In this document: piece after piece, positions 26,720 to 34,750 of the stretch
How positions within the stretch are numbered: the first letter of the stretch is position 1
Layout of the letters: every line of letters begins with the position of its first letter
Assembly: GCA_021779955.1 (NCBI GenBank)
Contig: JAJXZS010000019.1
Location: forward strand, 8,476 to 72,475
Direction: 5' to 3'
DNA: 64,000 nucleotides
Origin: Chloroflexota bacterium
GTDB lineage: Bacteria; Chloroflexota; Anaerolineae; Anaerolineales; Anaerolineaceae
Notes under the pieces: generated by a model
The model's input: only the letters and a program-made list of their open reading frames with translations
Database searches by the model: none
What the model was told of the DNA's origin: nothing
Position numbers and translations under genes: made by a program

Positions 26720-27144
26720 TCAGAATGAACCAGTTTTGATTTCTCCCGCCCGCCTGTATGAAGCCACAATCACACCGCTTGGAGTGACTTTCGATTCGAA
26801 AAGGGTAAACGCAGCAGGTATGGTGCCCCCGGCGAACAGGCCCTTCCCCTTACCCAGCGTAATGGGATAGATCTTCAACCAGTACTCGTCGATCAGGTCA
26901 TGCTTCATCAGCGTCTGCACAAGATTGGCGCTGCCCCACACTTTCAGATCGGGGCCATCCTGTTGTTTAAGCTTTTTGATCTCTTCGGGAACATCACCCC
27001 TGATGATGACCTTGTTGTTCCACTCAGCTTTGGTTAGCGTATTCGAAACAACATGCTTTCTGCTTTCGTTGACGCCGGGCCAGCCATCCGCATGTTCCCA
27101 TCACCATCTGGCGAGCATTAACCCTTTGGTTCGGCAGGCTTCTT
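26720..27144 (-). pseudogene. 5'-truncated, stop-interrupted dihydrofolate-reductase-family (RibD C-terminal domain) gene remnant
   Basis: The frame reads ...GLMLARW*WEHADGWPGVNESRKHVVSNTL...VWGSANLVQTLMKHDLIDEYWLKIYPITLGKGKGLF. In-frame TGA at 27103-27101. About 55 N-terminal residues are missing because the upstream gene ends at 27145. Confidence 0.6.
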
Positions 27145-27630
27145 CTACGGGGTGATGATCATTCCTTCCGTTGAGCGCATCGCCGACTGATAGGCCGCCA
27201 GTGTTTGAGGATCCTCGATCGACCCGCTGTGATGCACCTGGCGCCATTGGCCCTCGATGCGTTGGAATACGCGGCTTGTCCGGATGGCCAGCGGGATCAC
27301 GGTATCGCCCATGCGGGCTTCTCCCCGCTCACGCCCCACCGCGTAGAACATGTCTCCGAGCTCATGGATCGAGTAATCGAAAAACTCGACGTAGACTTCC
27401 GCCGGGCCGGTGAAGATCGCCTCGTACATCTTCTCAATTTCAGGCCAGCCGTATCGTATGCCGCCCAATGGATTGACCTCGATCACATCGGGGGATTGAG
27501 CCCAGCTTTGCGCCATCTTCTTCAGATCGCGGTTGTTGAATGCTCCGTAAAATACCGATAACGCTTGCTCCTCGGGCGATAACCTGCTCAAGTCTTCCTG
27601 CCCGCAAATTGCATCTTGTATCGTTTTCAT
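27145..27630 (-). CDS. SnoaL-like / NTF2-fold protein (DUF4440-like)
   Basis: 161 aa. FYGAFNNRDLKKMAQSW...QWRQVHHSGS pattern is typical of NTF2-like proteins. Confidence 0.6.
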   Translation of the reverse strand: MKTIQDAICGQEDLSRLSPEEQALSVFYGAFNNRDLKKMAQSWAQSPDVIEVNPLGGIRYGWPEIEKMYEAIFTGPAEVYVEFFDYSIHELGDMFYAVGRERGEARMGDTVIPLAIRTSRVFQRIEGQWRQVHHSGSIEDPQTLAAYQSAMRSTEGMIITP

Positions 27631-27866
27631 ACGTTCTCAATCCTTTCACAAGAGCATCGCTCTCGAACATCTGCTCGTTGTGACAATGATTGTACAATAA
27701 AGACATTAATTATCCATATAATTTGTTCCCATTCGCTAGAGTGAATTTCCCATTTCTCGCTTCGCGATTTCCGGCTTCCAGGCGGTTGAGAACCGCGCTT
27801 AACACGTCGACCAGCAAAAGTAATCCTCAAGCCTGCCACACTCGCAACCAACGCCCGGAGGGCGAA

Positions 27867-27955
27867 CCCGTGACGAAAAGAATCGCCAGGGTCGTGACCC
27901 GTGACGAAAAGAATCGCCAGGGTCGTGACCCGTGACGAAAAGAATCGCCAGGGTA
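27867..27955. repeat. 31-bp direct tandem repeat, about 3 copies
   Basis: CCCGTGACGAAAAGAATCGCCAGGGTCGTGA repeats start at 27867, 27898 and 27929. They are contiguous with no spacers. Confidence 0.9.
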
Positions 27956-28117
27956 TCAAGCGTTCGCGCGTTCGGGATGAAAAAATGTCTGAATTGTCTC
28001 GTATCGCTGCGCCTGGCTGACAAAATCGCGGTTTGTCAATTTGATCGAAGGGTCTTCACTGGATTCCTGCAAACATCACTGTCTTGCGCGGGTGTGTGAG
28101 GTCTTTACTTGCTATTT

Positions 28118-28150
28118 GAAGATCCTTCGCTGCGCTCAGGATGACAAGAA
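28118..28150 (+). repeat. REP-like dispersed repeat, copy B
   Basis: GAAGATCCTTCGCTGCGCTCAGGATGACAAGAA, with internal ATCCT/AGGAT stem. The reverse strand translates as ...HPERSEGS... Confidence 0.6.
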
Positions 28151-28306
28151 TTGAGCATGGGGGAAGGACGATGTTGTGACTTGTGAGCGCGCGCCGCAAA
28201 ACACATAAGGGATTGCGGAGCGGCTATTGTTGTTACCAGCGGCACCCACCCTTCACAAAAAGCTTCACCATGGCCATGGCAAAGAGTGCGGATATGGGGT
28301 GCGGCG

Positions 28307-28813
28307 TTAGCGGCACCAGGGGGCTGCAACCGTTCCGCCAAGCGAGGATTGGACAATCTTCCAGTGCGCCCAGGGGAGACTCTCATTTGCAGTATCCAGG
28401 GTGATCTGAGCGGATTCTTGTGTCGAACCATCGGGGCAGAGCGCGGTCACCTGCACCGATATCTCATCTCTTCCGGAGGCGCTCTTCGAGACAGCGCCGA
28501 AATCTGCTGCAGACAAGGTCATCGGCAACCCCCATACTCTTTGCAGGCATATTTCACTGCAACCATTCTCGAGCGAATAATAATTATTCTTGCTCCAACA
28601 GTTCATGCCGCGCATCACATCGCCGGATTCGATGGCAGCCACATAGCTCTGGACGACGGCTTGCGGCGAGCGGTCGTAACTTGCAGTACAGTTGTCATAC
28701 AAGACGGCATGGATCAGGAAGTAAATGACCGCGACCGCCAGGACTCCCCCGCCCAATACAATAAGGATTCGCATTCGTTTCCGGTGTCTTTCGACAAATT
28801 CAGCGTCTGACAT
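28307..28813 (-). CDS. membrane-anchored hypothetical protein with 6 Cys in the extracytoplasmic part
   Basis: ATG at 28813 follows AAGGGA. TM helix ILIVLGGGVLAVAVIYFLIHAVL. No family recognised. Confidence 0.5.
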   Translation of the reverse strand: MSDAEFVERHRKRMRILIVLGGGVLAVAVIYFLIHAVLYDNCTASYDRSPQAVVQSYVAAIESGDVMRGMNCWSKNNYYSLENGCSEICLQRVWGLPMTLSAADFGAVSKSASGRDEISVQVTALCPDGSTQESAQITLDTANESLPWAHWKIVQSSLGGTVAAPWCR

Positions 28814-28920
28814 GTATTCCCTTGCCTTGATAGTTTCAAATATCACATTGTCTAGAATATTCTAACAAACTATACGTACAAGCGATCATTTTTGGTGTAA
28901 ATGATCCAGCTTGCTTTTCA

Positions 28921-28949
28921 CCCTTCATCACTGTATAATACCCGCATAA
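28921..28949 (+). promoter_or_regulatory. sigma70-like promoter of the thrS leader
   Basis: TTGCTT (28921-28926), 17-nt spacer, TATAAT (28944-28949). Confidence 0.65.
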
Positions 28950-28959
28950 CATTTCGACC

Positions 28960-29194
28960 AGGACAAGTATTCGTCGAACCGGTTTCAGAGAGAGGAGGCC
29001 AGGTGCGATCTCCTCAACCGGCAGCGAAGAAAACCACCTGCGAGTGTGACCCCCAAAGGCGAGTGTCCAAATAAGGGAAACGGCCGGCCCCGTTATCAGC
29101 CCAACGAGATCACCGCGTGAAAACCACGCTGGTGAATCTGGGTGGAACCGCGTGAGACATCTCCCGCCCCAGAATTGGGTGGGATTTTTCTTTT
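28960..29194 (+). promoter_or_regulatory. T-box riboswitch leader, threonine specifier (ACC)
   Basis: Stem I elements AGAGAG and GGTGCGA. Specifier-loop GAAAACCA with ACC at 29033-29035. T-box sequence AATCTGGGTGGAACCGCG at 29135-29152. Terminator TCCCGCCCCA/TGGGTGGGA plus TTTTTCTTTT at 29162-29194. Confidence 0.85.
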
Positions 29195-29243
29195 AAATCC
29201 CCCTAAAGCCTTCAATCATGACACAGGTTCACAGGAGGACCCA

Positions 29244-31040
29244 ATGCCAGAATTAAAACAAGAGCAGTATTCAGAAACGGAGCTTTACCGCATCCGTCAC
29301 TCGGCGGCGCACATCATGGCGCAGGCTGTGCTCGAGATGTTCCCGTCGGCCAAAATCGCCATCGGCCCCCCGATCGAAGACGGCTTCTACTATGACTTTG
29401 ACCTGCCGCGCCCCTTGACCCCTGAAGACCTGGAGCATATCGAGAAGCGCATGCGCGAGATTATCAAGTCGAACGTGCATTTCACGCGCAAGGTCGTCAG
29501 CGCTGACGAAGCCAAGCAGATCTTCAAAGACCAACCCTACAAGATCGAGCTTATCGAAGGATTGGAGAAGGGTACGCTCGACGAAGACGGCAATCCAGTC
29601 ACCGAGAAGCCGGTAATCTCAATCTACACCCAGGGTATCTTCACCGACCTGTGCCGTGGACCGCACGTCGAATCCGCCTCAGAGATCAATCCAGATGCGG
29701 TCAAGTTGATGTCTGTGGCCGGTGCCTACTGGAGAGGCGACGAAAAACGCCCCATGCTGCAGCGCATCTACGGCACGGCCTGGCTGACACAGGAAGAGCT
29801 CAAGGAATACCTGTGGCGTCTGGAAGAAGCGAAAAAGCGCGATCATCGCAAGCTCGGCAAAGAACTCGGCCTGTTTTACTTCTCGGAAGATGTCGGCCCC
29901 GGCCTGCCGCTGTTCACGCCCAGGGGTGAAATGCTGCGCTATCAAATGGAAAAGTACGTCCGCGATTTGCAGACGAGTTACGGATACCAGCACGTCTGGA
30001 CAGGGCACGTGGTCAAGGAAGATCTCTACAGGCGTTCTGGCCACTATGACAATTACAAGGATGCGATGTTCCCGCCCATGGTGGACGAGAATGTCACCTT
30101 CCGACTGAAGCCGATGAACTGCCCCAGTCACATGACCCTTTACAATGAGATGGGCCTGCACTCATACCGCGAGCTGCCGCTGCGCTTCGCCGAATTTGCG
30201 ACGCTTTACCGCTACGAGAAAACCGGCGAGCTGACCGGCCTGACGCGCGTACGCTCGCTCACGCAGGATGATTGCCACATCTTCTGCACTGAAGAGCAGA
30301 TCGAAAGCGAGTTCAAGTTGGCGCTCGATCTGATCCGCGAAGTGCTCAACACCTACCACTTCAGCGACTACCGGGTGCGCCTGTCGCTCAAGGGCAAGGC
30401 TGGCAAATATGTGCAGGATGACGAGAAATGGGAGCGCGCTACATCGGCGCTGCGTTCCGCCATGGACGCGAGCGGGCTGGAATACTTCGTTGCTGAAGGC
30501 GAAGCCGCCTTCTACGGTCCCAAGGCTGACTTTATCGCCCGCGATGTGCTCGGCCGCGACTGGCAGCTTTCGACAATCCAGGTCGATTTCATCCAGCCGG
30601 GACGTCTTGGCTGCAAATACATCGGCGAAGACGGCCAGGAGCACACGCCCGTGCTGCTGCACAGGGCCGTCACCGGCTCGACGGAACGCTTCCTCGGTGT
30701 GCTCATCGAGCACTACGCAGGCGCCTTCCCCGCCTGGCTGGCGCCCGATCAGGCAGTGCTGATCCCGATTGCCGACCGCCACTTCGACTATGCGAAGGAT
30801 GTTGCAGCGAAGCTGAAGGCAAAAGGTATCCGCACCATCGTGGATGATCGCAGCGAGCGCATGAACGCCAAGATCCGCTACGCTCAGACAATGAAGATCC
30901 CCTACATGCTCGTCGTAGGCGACAAGGAGATGGAAAACGGGCAGGTCGCGCTGCGTCTGCGCAATGGCGAAAATCCTGGGCCCATGCCCCTGGAAGATTT
31001 CATCAAGCTAGCTGAAGAAGAGATCGCCAAAAAGGTATAG
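29244..31040 (+). CDS. thrS: threonine--tRNA ligase (lacks the N-terminal TGS domain)
   Basis: ATG at 29244 follows AGGAGG. Begins at the editing/SAD domain (RIRHSAAHIMAQAV). Class II motifs and anticodon-binding domain are present. The ORF-track start at 29142 lies inside the T-box. Confidence 0.95.
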   Translation: MPELKQEQYSETELYRIRHSAAHIMAQAVLEMFPSAKIAIGPPIEDGFYYDFDLPRPLTPEDLEHIEKRMREIIKSNVHFTRKVVSADEAKQIFKDQPYKIELIEGLEKGTLDEDGNPVTEKPVISIYTQGIFTDLCRGPHVESASEINPDAVKLMSVAGAYWRGDEKRPMLQRIYGTAWLTQEELKEYLWRLEEAKKRDHRKLGKELGLFYFSEDVGPGLPLFTPRGEMLRYQMEKYVRDLQTSYGYQHVWTGHVVKEDLYRRSGHYDNYKDAMFPPMVDENVTFRLKPMNCPSHMTLYNEMGLHSYRELPLRFAEFATLYRYEKTGELTGLTRVRSLTQDDCHIFCTEEQIESEFKLALDLIREVLNTYHFSDYRVRLSLKGKAGKYVQDDEKWERATSALRSAMDASGLEYFVAEGEAAFYGPKADFIARDVLGRDWQLSTIQVDFIQPGRLGCKYIGEDGQEHTPVLLHRAVTGSTERFLGVLIEHYAGAFPAWLAPDQAVLIPIADRHFDYAKDVAAKLKAKGIRTIVDDRSERMNAKIRYAQTMKIPYMLVVGDKEMENGQVALRLRNGENPGPMPLEDFIKLAEEEIAKKV

Positions 31041-31047
31041 ATATTCG

Positions 31048-31085
31048 GGCCCGCGAGAACACTCGCGGGCCTTTTGTATTTGTTT
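31048..31085 (+). terminator. intrinsic terminator after thrS
   Basis: GGCCCGCGAG / CTCGCGGGCC stem followed by TTTTGTATTTGTTTTT. Confidence 0.8.
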
Positions 31086-31097
31086 TTGCGTTTTTTG

Positions 31098-31126
31098 TTG
31101 CGGGTTACCTTCGATTGTGGTATGAT
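31098..31126 (+). promoter_or_regulatory. promoter of the infC-rpmI-rplT operon
   Basis: TTGCGG, 17-nt spacer ending in TGTGG, then TATGAT. Confidence 0.55.
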
Positions 31127-31136
31127 TTAGGCAAAT

Positions 31137-31174
31137 CAAGCCCGTTCTATGACGGGCTTGTGTTAAATATTTTT
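31137..31174 (+). promoter_or_regulatory. leader hairpin plus T-rich tract ahead of infC (possible attenuator)
   Basis: CAAGCCCGT / ACGGGCTTG 9-bp stem followed by TGTTAAATATTTTT, between the promoter and the infC RBS. Confidence 0.4.
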
Positions 31175-31189
31175 ACCAAGGAGAGTGCT

Positions 31190-31756
31190 ATCAGTACACA
31201 GAATTTTCGCGTAAATGAAATGATCCGGGTGCCTGAAGTTCGCCTGATCGGACCAAACAACGAGAACTACGGCGTGGTACCGATCGCCAAAGCTCTTCAG
31301 ATCGCCCGGGATGCAGAGTTAGACCTTGTGGAGGTATCGCCCACTTCAGACCCGCCGGTTTGCCGTGTCCTCGACTTTGGCAAGTTCCTCTATGAACGCA
31401 CCAAGAAAGAGCGCGAAGCTCGGAAGTCTCAGACCAAGATCGAAGTGAAAGAAATCCGCCTGCGGCCAAAGACGAACGAGCATCACCGCGGCTTCAAAAC
31501 CCGCGATGCACGTAAATGGCTTGGCGAAGGCAACAAGGTTCGCGTCACCATCCGCTTCAGGGGACGTGAGATCACCTATCCTGAAATCGCCCTGGAAGAT
31601 CTAAAAGAGATCGCAGAAGAGCTCTCGGATGTTTCAACGATCGAACAGGCTCCAGGCATGGAAGGCAGAACGATGAGCATGGTCCTGGCGCCAACCAAAA
31701 CCACCAAAAAGAAGTCTGTAGAGCCCGAAAAAGAGGAGACCCCACAAGGATCTTAA
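31190..31756 (+). CDS. infC: translation initiation factor IF-3, probable non-AUG (AUC) start
   Basis: AAGGAG at 31178-31183, then ATC at 31190. The N-terminus aligns with B. subtilis IF3 (ISKDQLVNEGIRAREVRLIG) from this codon. The ORF-track start at 31115 would add a non-homologous 25 aa. Confidence 0.85.
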   Translation: MSTQNFRVNEMIRVPEVRLIGPNNENYGVVPIAKALQIARDAELDLVEVSPTSDPPVCRVLDFGKFLYERTKKEREARKSQTKIEVKEIRLRPKTNEHHRGFKTRDARKWLGEGNKVRVTIRFRGREITYPEIALEDLKEIAEELSDVSTIEQAPGMEGRTMSMVLAPTKTTKKKSVEPEKEETPQGS

Positions 31757-31834
31757 TTCAGTAGCGCGATCAGAGTTTTCTGGTATAATTCGCGGTTGCG
31801 ATTACGACCGCGATTTTTGTTGAAGGAGTTCGCT

Positions 31835-32062
31835 GTGGCAAGCAAGGTAAAAACACCGAAATACAAGCTGAAGACCCATAAGGCCACCTCCAAACGGTTC
31901 CGCCTGACTGGGGCGGGCGTTTTGGTACGCACCAAGGGCGGTAAGAGCCATCTGCGCCGCCGCACTTCGGATCGCACCAAAGCGCTCTTCACTGAAATGG
32001 TCGTTGTGGAAGGCAAGAAGATCATTCAGACCGTAAGACGTCTAACCCCGAACTCGAAATAG
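31835..32062 (+). CDS. rpmI: 50S ribosomal protein L35
   Basis: GTG at 31835 follows AAGGAG. KLKTHKATSKRFRLTGAG matches the L35 signature. Confidence 0.85.
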   Translation: MASKVKTPKYKLKTHKATSKRFRLTGAGVLVRTKGGKSHLRRRTSDRTKALFTEMVVVEGKKIIQTVRRLTPNSK

Positions 32063-32168
32063 TCGTTCGGACAGACAGTTCGTACCCGATTTAGTGCAGC
32101 TGTTGGGTGCTTGCAACAGGTTGTGATCCTCAACAACCGGCGCCCAGGGGTTCGCAAAGGAGTCAGAA

Positions 32169-32519
32169 ATGGCACGTGTAAAAGGTGGCCCGCACGGTCA
32201 TCTGCGTCATAAGAGAGTTTTAGCCTATACCAAAGGCCAGTTCGGCAGCCGTCACCGCTTGATCAAGCGCGCCAACGAAGCCCGTTTGAAGAGCATGTGG
32301 TACGCCACACGCGACCGCCGTGTTCGCAAACGCGACTTGCGCCGCTTGTGGATCACGCGTATCAATGCTGGCGCCCGCATCAATGGCATTTCCTACAGCC
32401 GGTTGATCTTTGGTTTGCGCAAAGCGAACATCCTGCTCAACAGAAAAATGTTAGCCGATCTCGCTGCCCGCGACCCGCAGACTTTCGCAGCGGTCGTCGC
32501 CAAAGCAAAATCAGCCTAG
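32169..32519 (+). CDS. rplT: 50S ribosomal protein L20
   Basis: MARVKGG...RRLWITRINAGAR is canonical L20. Confidence 0.95.
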   Translation: MARVKGGPHGHLRHKRVLAYTKGQFGSRHRLIKRANEARLKSMWYATRDRRVRKRDLRRLWITRINAGARINGISYSRLIFGLRKANILLNRKMLADLAARDPQTFAAVVAKAKSA

Positions 32520-32538
32520 ACCCAAATAGACAAAGCAA

Positions 32539-32565
32539 GGGGCGGAGTATTCCGCCCTTTTTGAT
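32539..32565 (+). terminator. intrinsic terminator after rplT
   Basis: GGGCGGA / TCCGCCC stem followed by TTTTTGATTT. Confidence 0.7.
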
Positions 32566-32622
32566 TTAAATGCTCCCGAGTGTACAATAGATGGAGCCCA
32601 GGCTGTTCTCTCAGGTGGAAAA

Positions 32623-33411
32623 ATGCCCGATATCACCTCCATCCACAACCCCAGGATCCAATCGATCCGCGAGCTGCTGAGCAAGCGCGCTGCTCGCGAA
32701 GAACAAGGTTTATTTGTAGTCGAAGGCGTGCGCCTGGCTGAGGAAGCGCTGCAGCACGGCGCCATTCCCACAACGATCATTTACGCTGAATCGCTCTCCG
32801 AACGCGGCCAAACGCTTGTTCAGGATGCGCGGACCAGGGGGATCAGCGTAGTTACCATCTCGGAAGATGTGCTTCAACGCATCAGCGAAACGGAGAACTC
32901 CCAGGGGATCCTGCTCGTGCTTCCCCTGCCCGCATCACCATTGCCTGCGAATCTCGATTTTGTGCTGGTACTCGACCAAATTCGCGACCCTGGCAACGCA
33001 GGAACCATGCTGCGGACGGCCGCCGCTGCGGGCATACAGGCAGTGCTCTCAACGCCGGGCACGACCGACCTCTTTGCGCCAAAAGTGGTGCGCTCAGGCA
33101 TGGGCGCTCACTTCAGGTTGGGCTTGAAGATGTGCCCCTGGCCCGAAATCCATTCAATCTGCAAAGAGCGCGAAAATCCCCTGAAGATTCTGCTTGCCGA
33201 GTCCGGTGAAGGCGAATCCATCTGGCATCAAGACATGCGCCAACCGGTTGCGGTCGTCATCGGCGGTGAAGCTGAGGGAGCAGGCGCGGATGCAAGGCGA
33301 TATTGCGATTCTCTTGTCCGCATTCCCATGCCCGGCCAATTCGAATCTCTAAACGCCGCGGTTGCAGCGGCAATCCTACTTTTCGAAGGAGTTCGACAGA
33401 GAAGTATATGA
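32623..33411 (+). CDS. TrmH/SpoU-family RNA 2'-O-methyltransferase
   Basis: LDQIRDPGNAGTMLRTA, GGEAEG and IPMPGQFESLNAAVAAAILLFE motifs. Confidence 0.85.
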   Translation: MPDITSIHNPRIQSIRELLSKRAAREEQGLFVVEGVRLAEEALQHGAIPTTIIYAESLSERGQTLVQDARTRGISVVTISEDVLQRISETENSQGILLVLPLPASPLPANLDFVLVLDQIRDPGNAGTMLRTAAAAGIQAVLSTPGTTDLFAPKVVRSGMGAHFRLGLKMCPWPEIHSICKERENPLKILLAESGEGESIWHQDMRQPVAVVIGGEAEGAGADARRYCDSLVRIPMPGQFESLNAAVAAAILLFEGVRQRSI

Positions 33412-34637
33412 AGATACGTTCCATCACCTGTTTCCTCGATCCAACGCACGATCATGACGGTAACGTACTCGGGAATGTTGCCAAATTCAGCAGCGAAGCG
33501 ATCGAACGCCTGAGGCATCTGGGCGTCGAAGTCGAGACGACCCGACTCTCGTCCCCGCCTTTCTCAAAACTCGTCGATTGCAGCAACAGAGATAAAGCTC
33601 TCGAATTCGCAAAAGGATTTCAAGCATCCGCTGCCAGCAGCGGGTTTGCCTACGCTTCCTGCGGACCCTCGCTCCCCGATCAGCCTGCCAGTGAAGCCCT
33701 CGTTCCAGAAATCCTGAACACTGCCAGGGGCATCTTTGTCAGTACGTTCATTGCGGATTGCCGCTTCCTTTATCCGCGAGCCATCCATAGCGCGGCCCAG
33801 ACGATCAAGCAAGCCTCCACCATCACGCCGGACGGCTTCACCAATTTGAATTTTGCAGCCCTCGCCAACACCCGCCCATATGGACCTTTCTTTCCAGGCT
33901 CTTATGCCGCGGCGGGCGAGAAACCCGCTTACTCGCTTGCCATCGAATGCGCAGACGCCGTTGTCACGACCTTCGGGTCGAACGCTTCACTGCCCGAGAT
34001 GCGTGAAAATCTCCTTGCAACCCTCAATGAATTCGCACATAAAGTGAGCCAGGCGCTTAACCCGCTCGGCTACTCCCATGATGTCGAGTTCAAGGGATTC
34101 GATTTTTCACCGGCTCCCTTCCCTGAACCGGGTTGCTCGCTCGGAGGCGGCATCGAAGCATTGGGAGTGGAGTTGGGGAAAACTGGAGCGCTGGCCGCCG
34201 CTTCGATTCTGGCGCATACCCTCAACAGCGGCAGATGGAAGCACGCAGGCTACAACGGTTTGATGATGCCGGTGCTAGAAGATTCACTGCTTGCCGAGCG
34301 TGCTGCCGCAGGGCAGCTTTCTGTCAAGGATTTGCTGCTCTATTCCAGTGTCTGCGGAACCGGGCTTGACACCGTGCCCCTGCCCGGCGATATCAGCGTG
34401 GCTGAACTCGAATCCATTCTCTGGGATGTGGCAGCCCTGGCAGTGCGCCTGGGCAAGCCGCTTACCGCCCGTTTGATGCCCATTCCGGGCAAGAAAGCAG
34501 GCGACACAACTGAGTTCAAGTTTGGATATTTTGCCAACAGCCGCGTGATGAGCGTCGAAGGTCAGCAGGTGCGAGCGCCACTAGAATCCGCAGAACCCAT
34601 CCCGCTGGCGCCGCGAACACCAAACGGTCACCTATAG
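33408..34637 (+). CDS. DUF711 (UPF0210) family protein
   Basis: MKIRSITCFLDP N-terminus is typical of UPF0210. The ATG overlaps the upstream stop (ATGA). Confidence 0.65.
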   Translation: MKIRSITCFLDPTHDHDGNVLGNVAKFSSEAIERLRHLGVEVETTRLSSPPFSKLVDCSNRDKALEFAKGFQASAASSGFAYASCGPSLPDQPASEALVPEILNTARGIFVSTFIADCRFLYPRAIHSAAQTIKQASTITPDGFTNLNFAALANTRPYGPFFPGSYAAAGEKPAYSLAIECADAVVTTFGSNASLPEMRENLLATLNEFAHKVSQALNPLGYSHDVEFKGFDFSPAPFPEPGCSLGGGIEALGVELGKTGALAAASILAHTLNSGRWKHAGYNGLMMPVLEDSLLAERAAAGQLSVKDLLLYSSVCGTGLDTVPLPGDISVAELESILWDVAALAVRLGKPLTARLMPIPGKKAGDTTEFKFGYFANSRVMSVEGQQVRAPLESAEPIPLAPRTPNGHL

Positions 34638-34684
34638 TTGACCCTCAGCCTACTCATTGCTGGAATCTCGCGAAGTTTTACAAA

Positions 34685-34720
34685 GAAGCACACTTGAATT
34701 CGAAGTGCGCTTCATTTCTT
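34685..34720 (+). terminator. intrinsic terminator between convergent genes
   Basis: GAAGCACACTT / AAGTGCGCTTC stem (10 of 11 bp) followed by ATTTCTTT. Confidence 0.55.
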
Positions 34721-34750
34721 TACCCACACCAAAAAAACATTTCAAGCAGC

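Noticed and set aside
27101-27103. In-frame TGA in the DHFR-family frame as a selenocysteine codon (selC is in the window)
   Set aside because: The gene is also 5'-truncated by the neighbouring gene. The TGA position is not a known redox site and no SECIS-like hairpin follows, so a pseudogene is the simpler reading.
27867-27955. Possible CRISPR array
   Set aside because: The repeats are contiguous with no spacers. There are only about 3 copies and no cas genes, so I called it a simple tandem repeat.
29142-29243. N-terminal extensions suggested by longest ORFs (thrS from 29142, infC from 31115, rpmI from 31796, DUF711 from 33303, pstB from 61866, Ldt from 43617)
   Set aside because: The extensions cover a T-box terminator, promoter or leader DNA, or the 3' end of the preceding gene. 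Internal starts have an RBS and match family N-termini.
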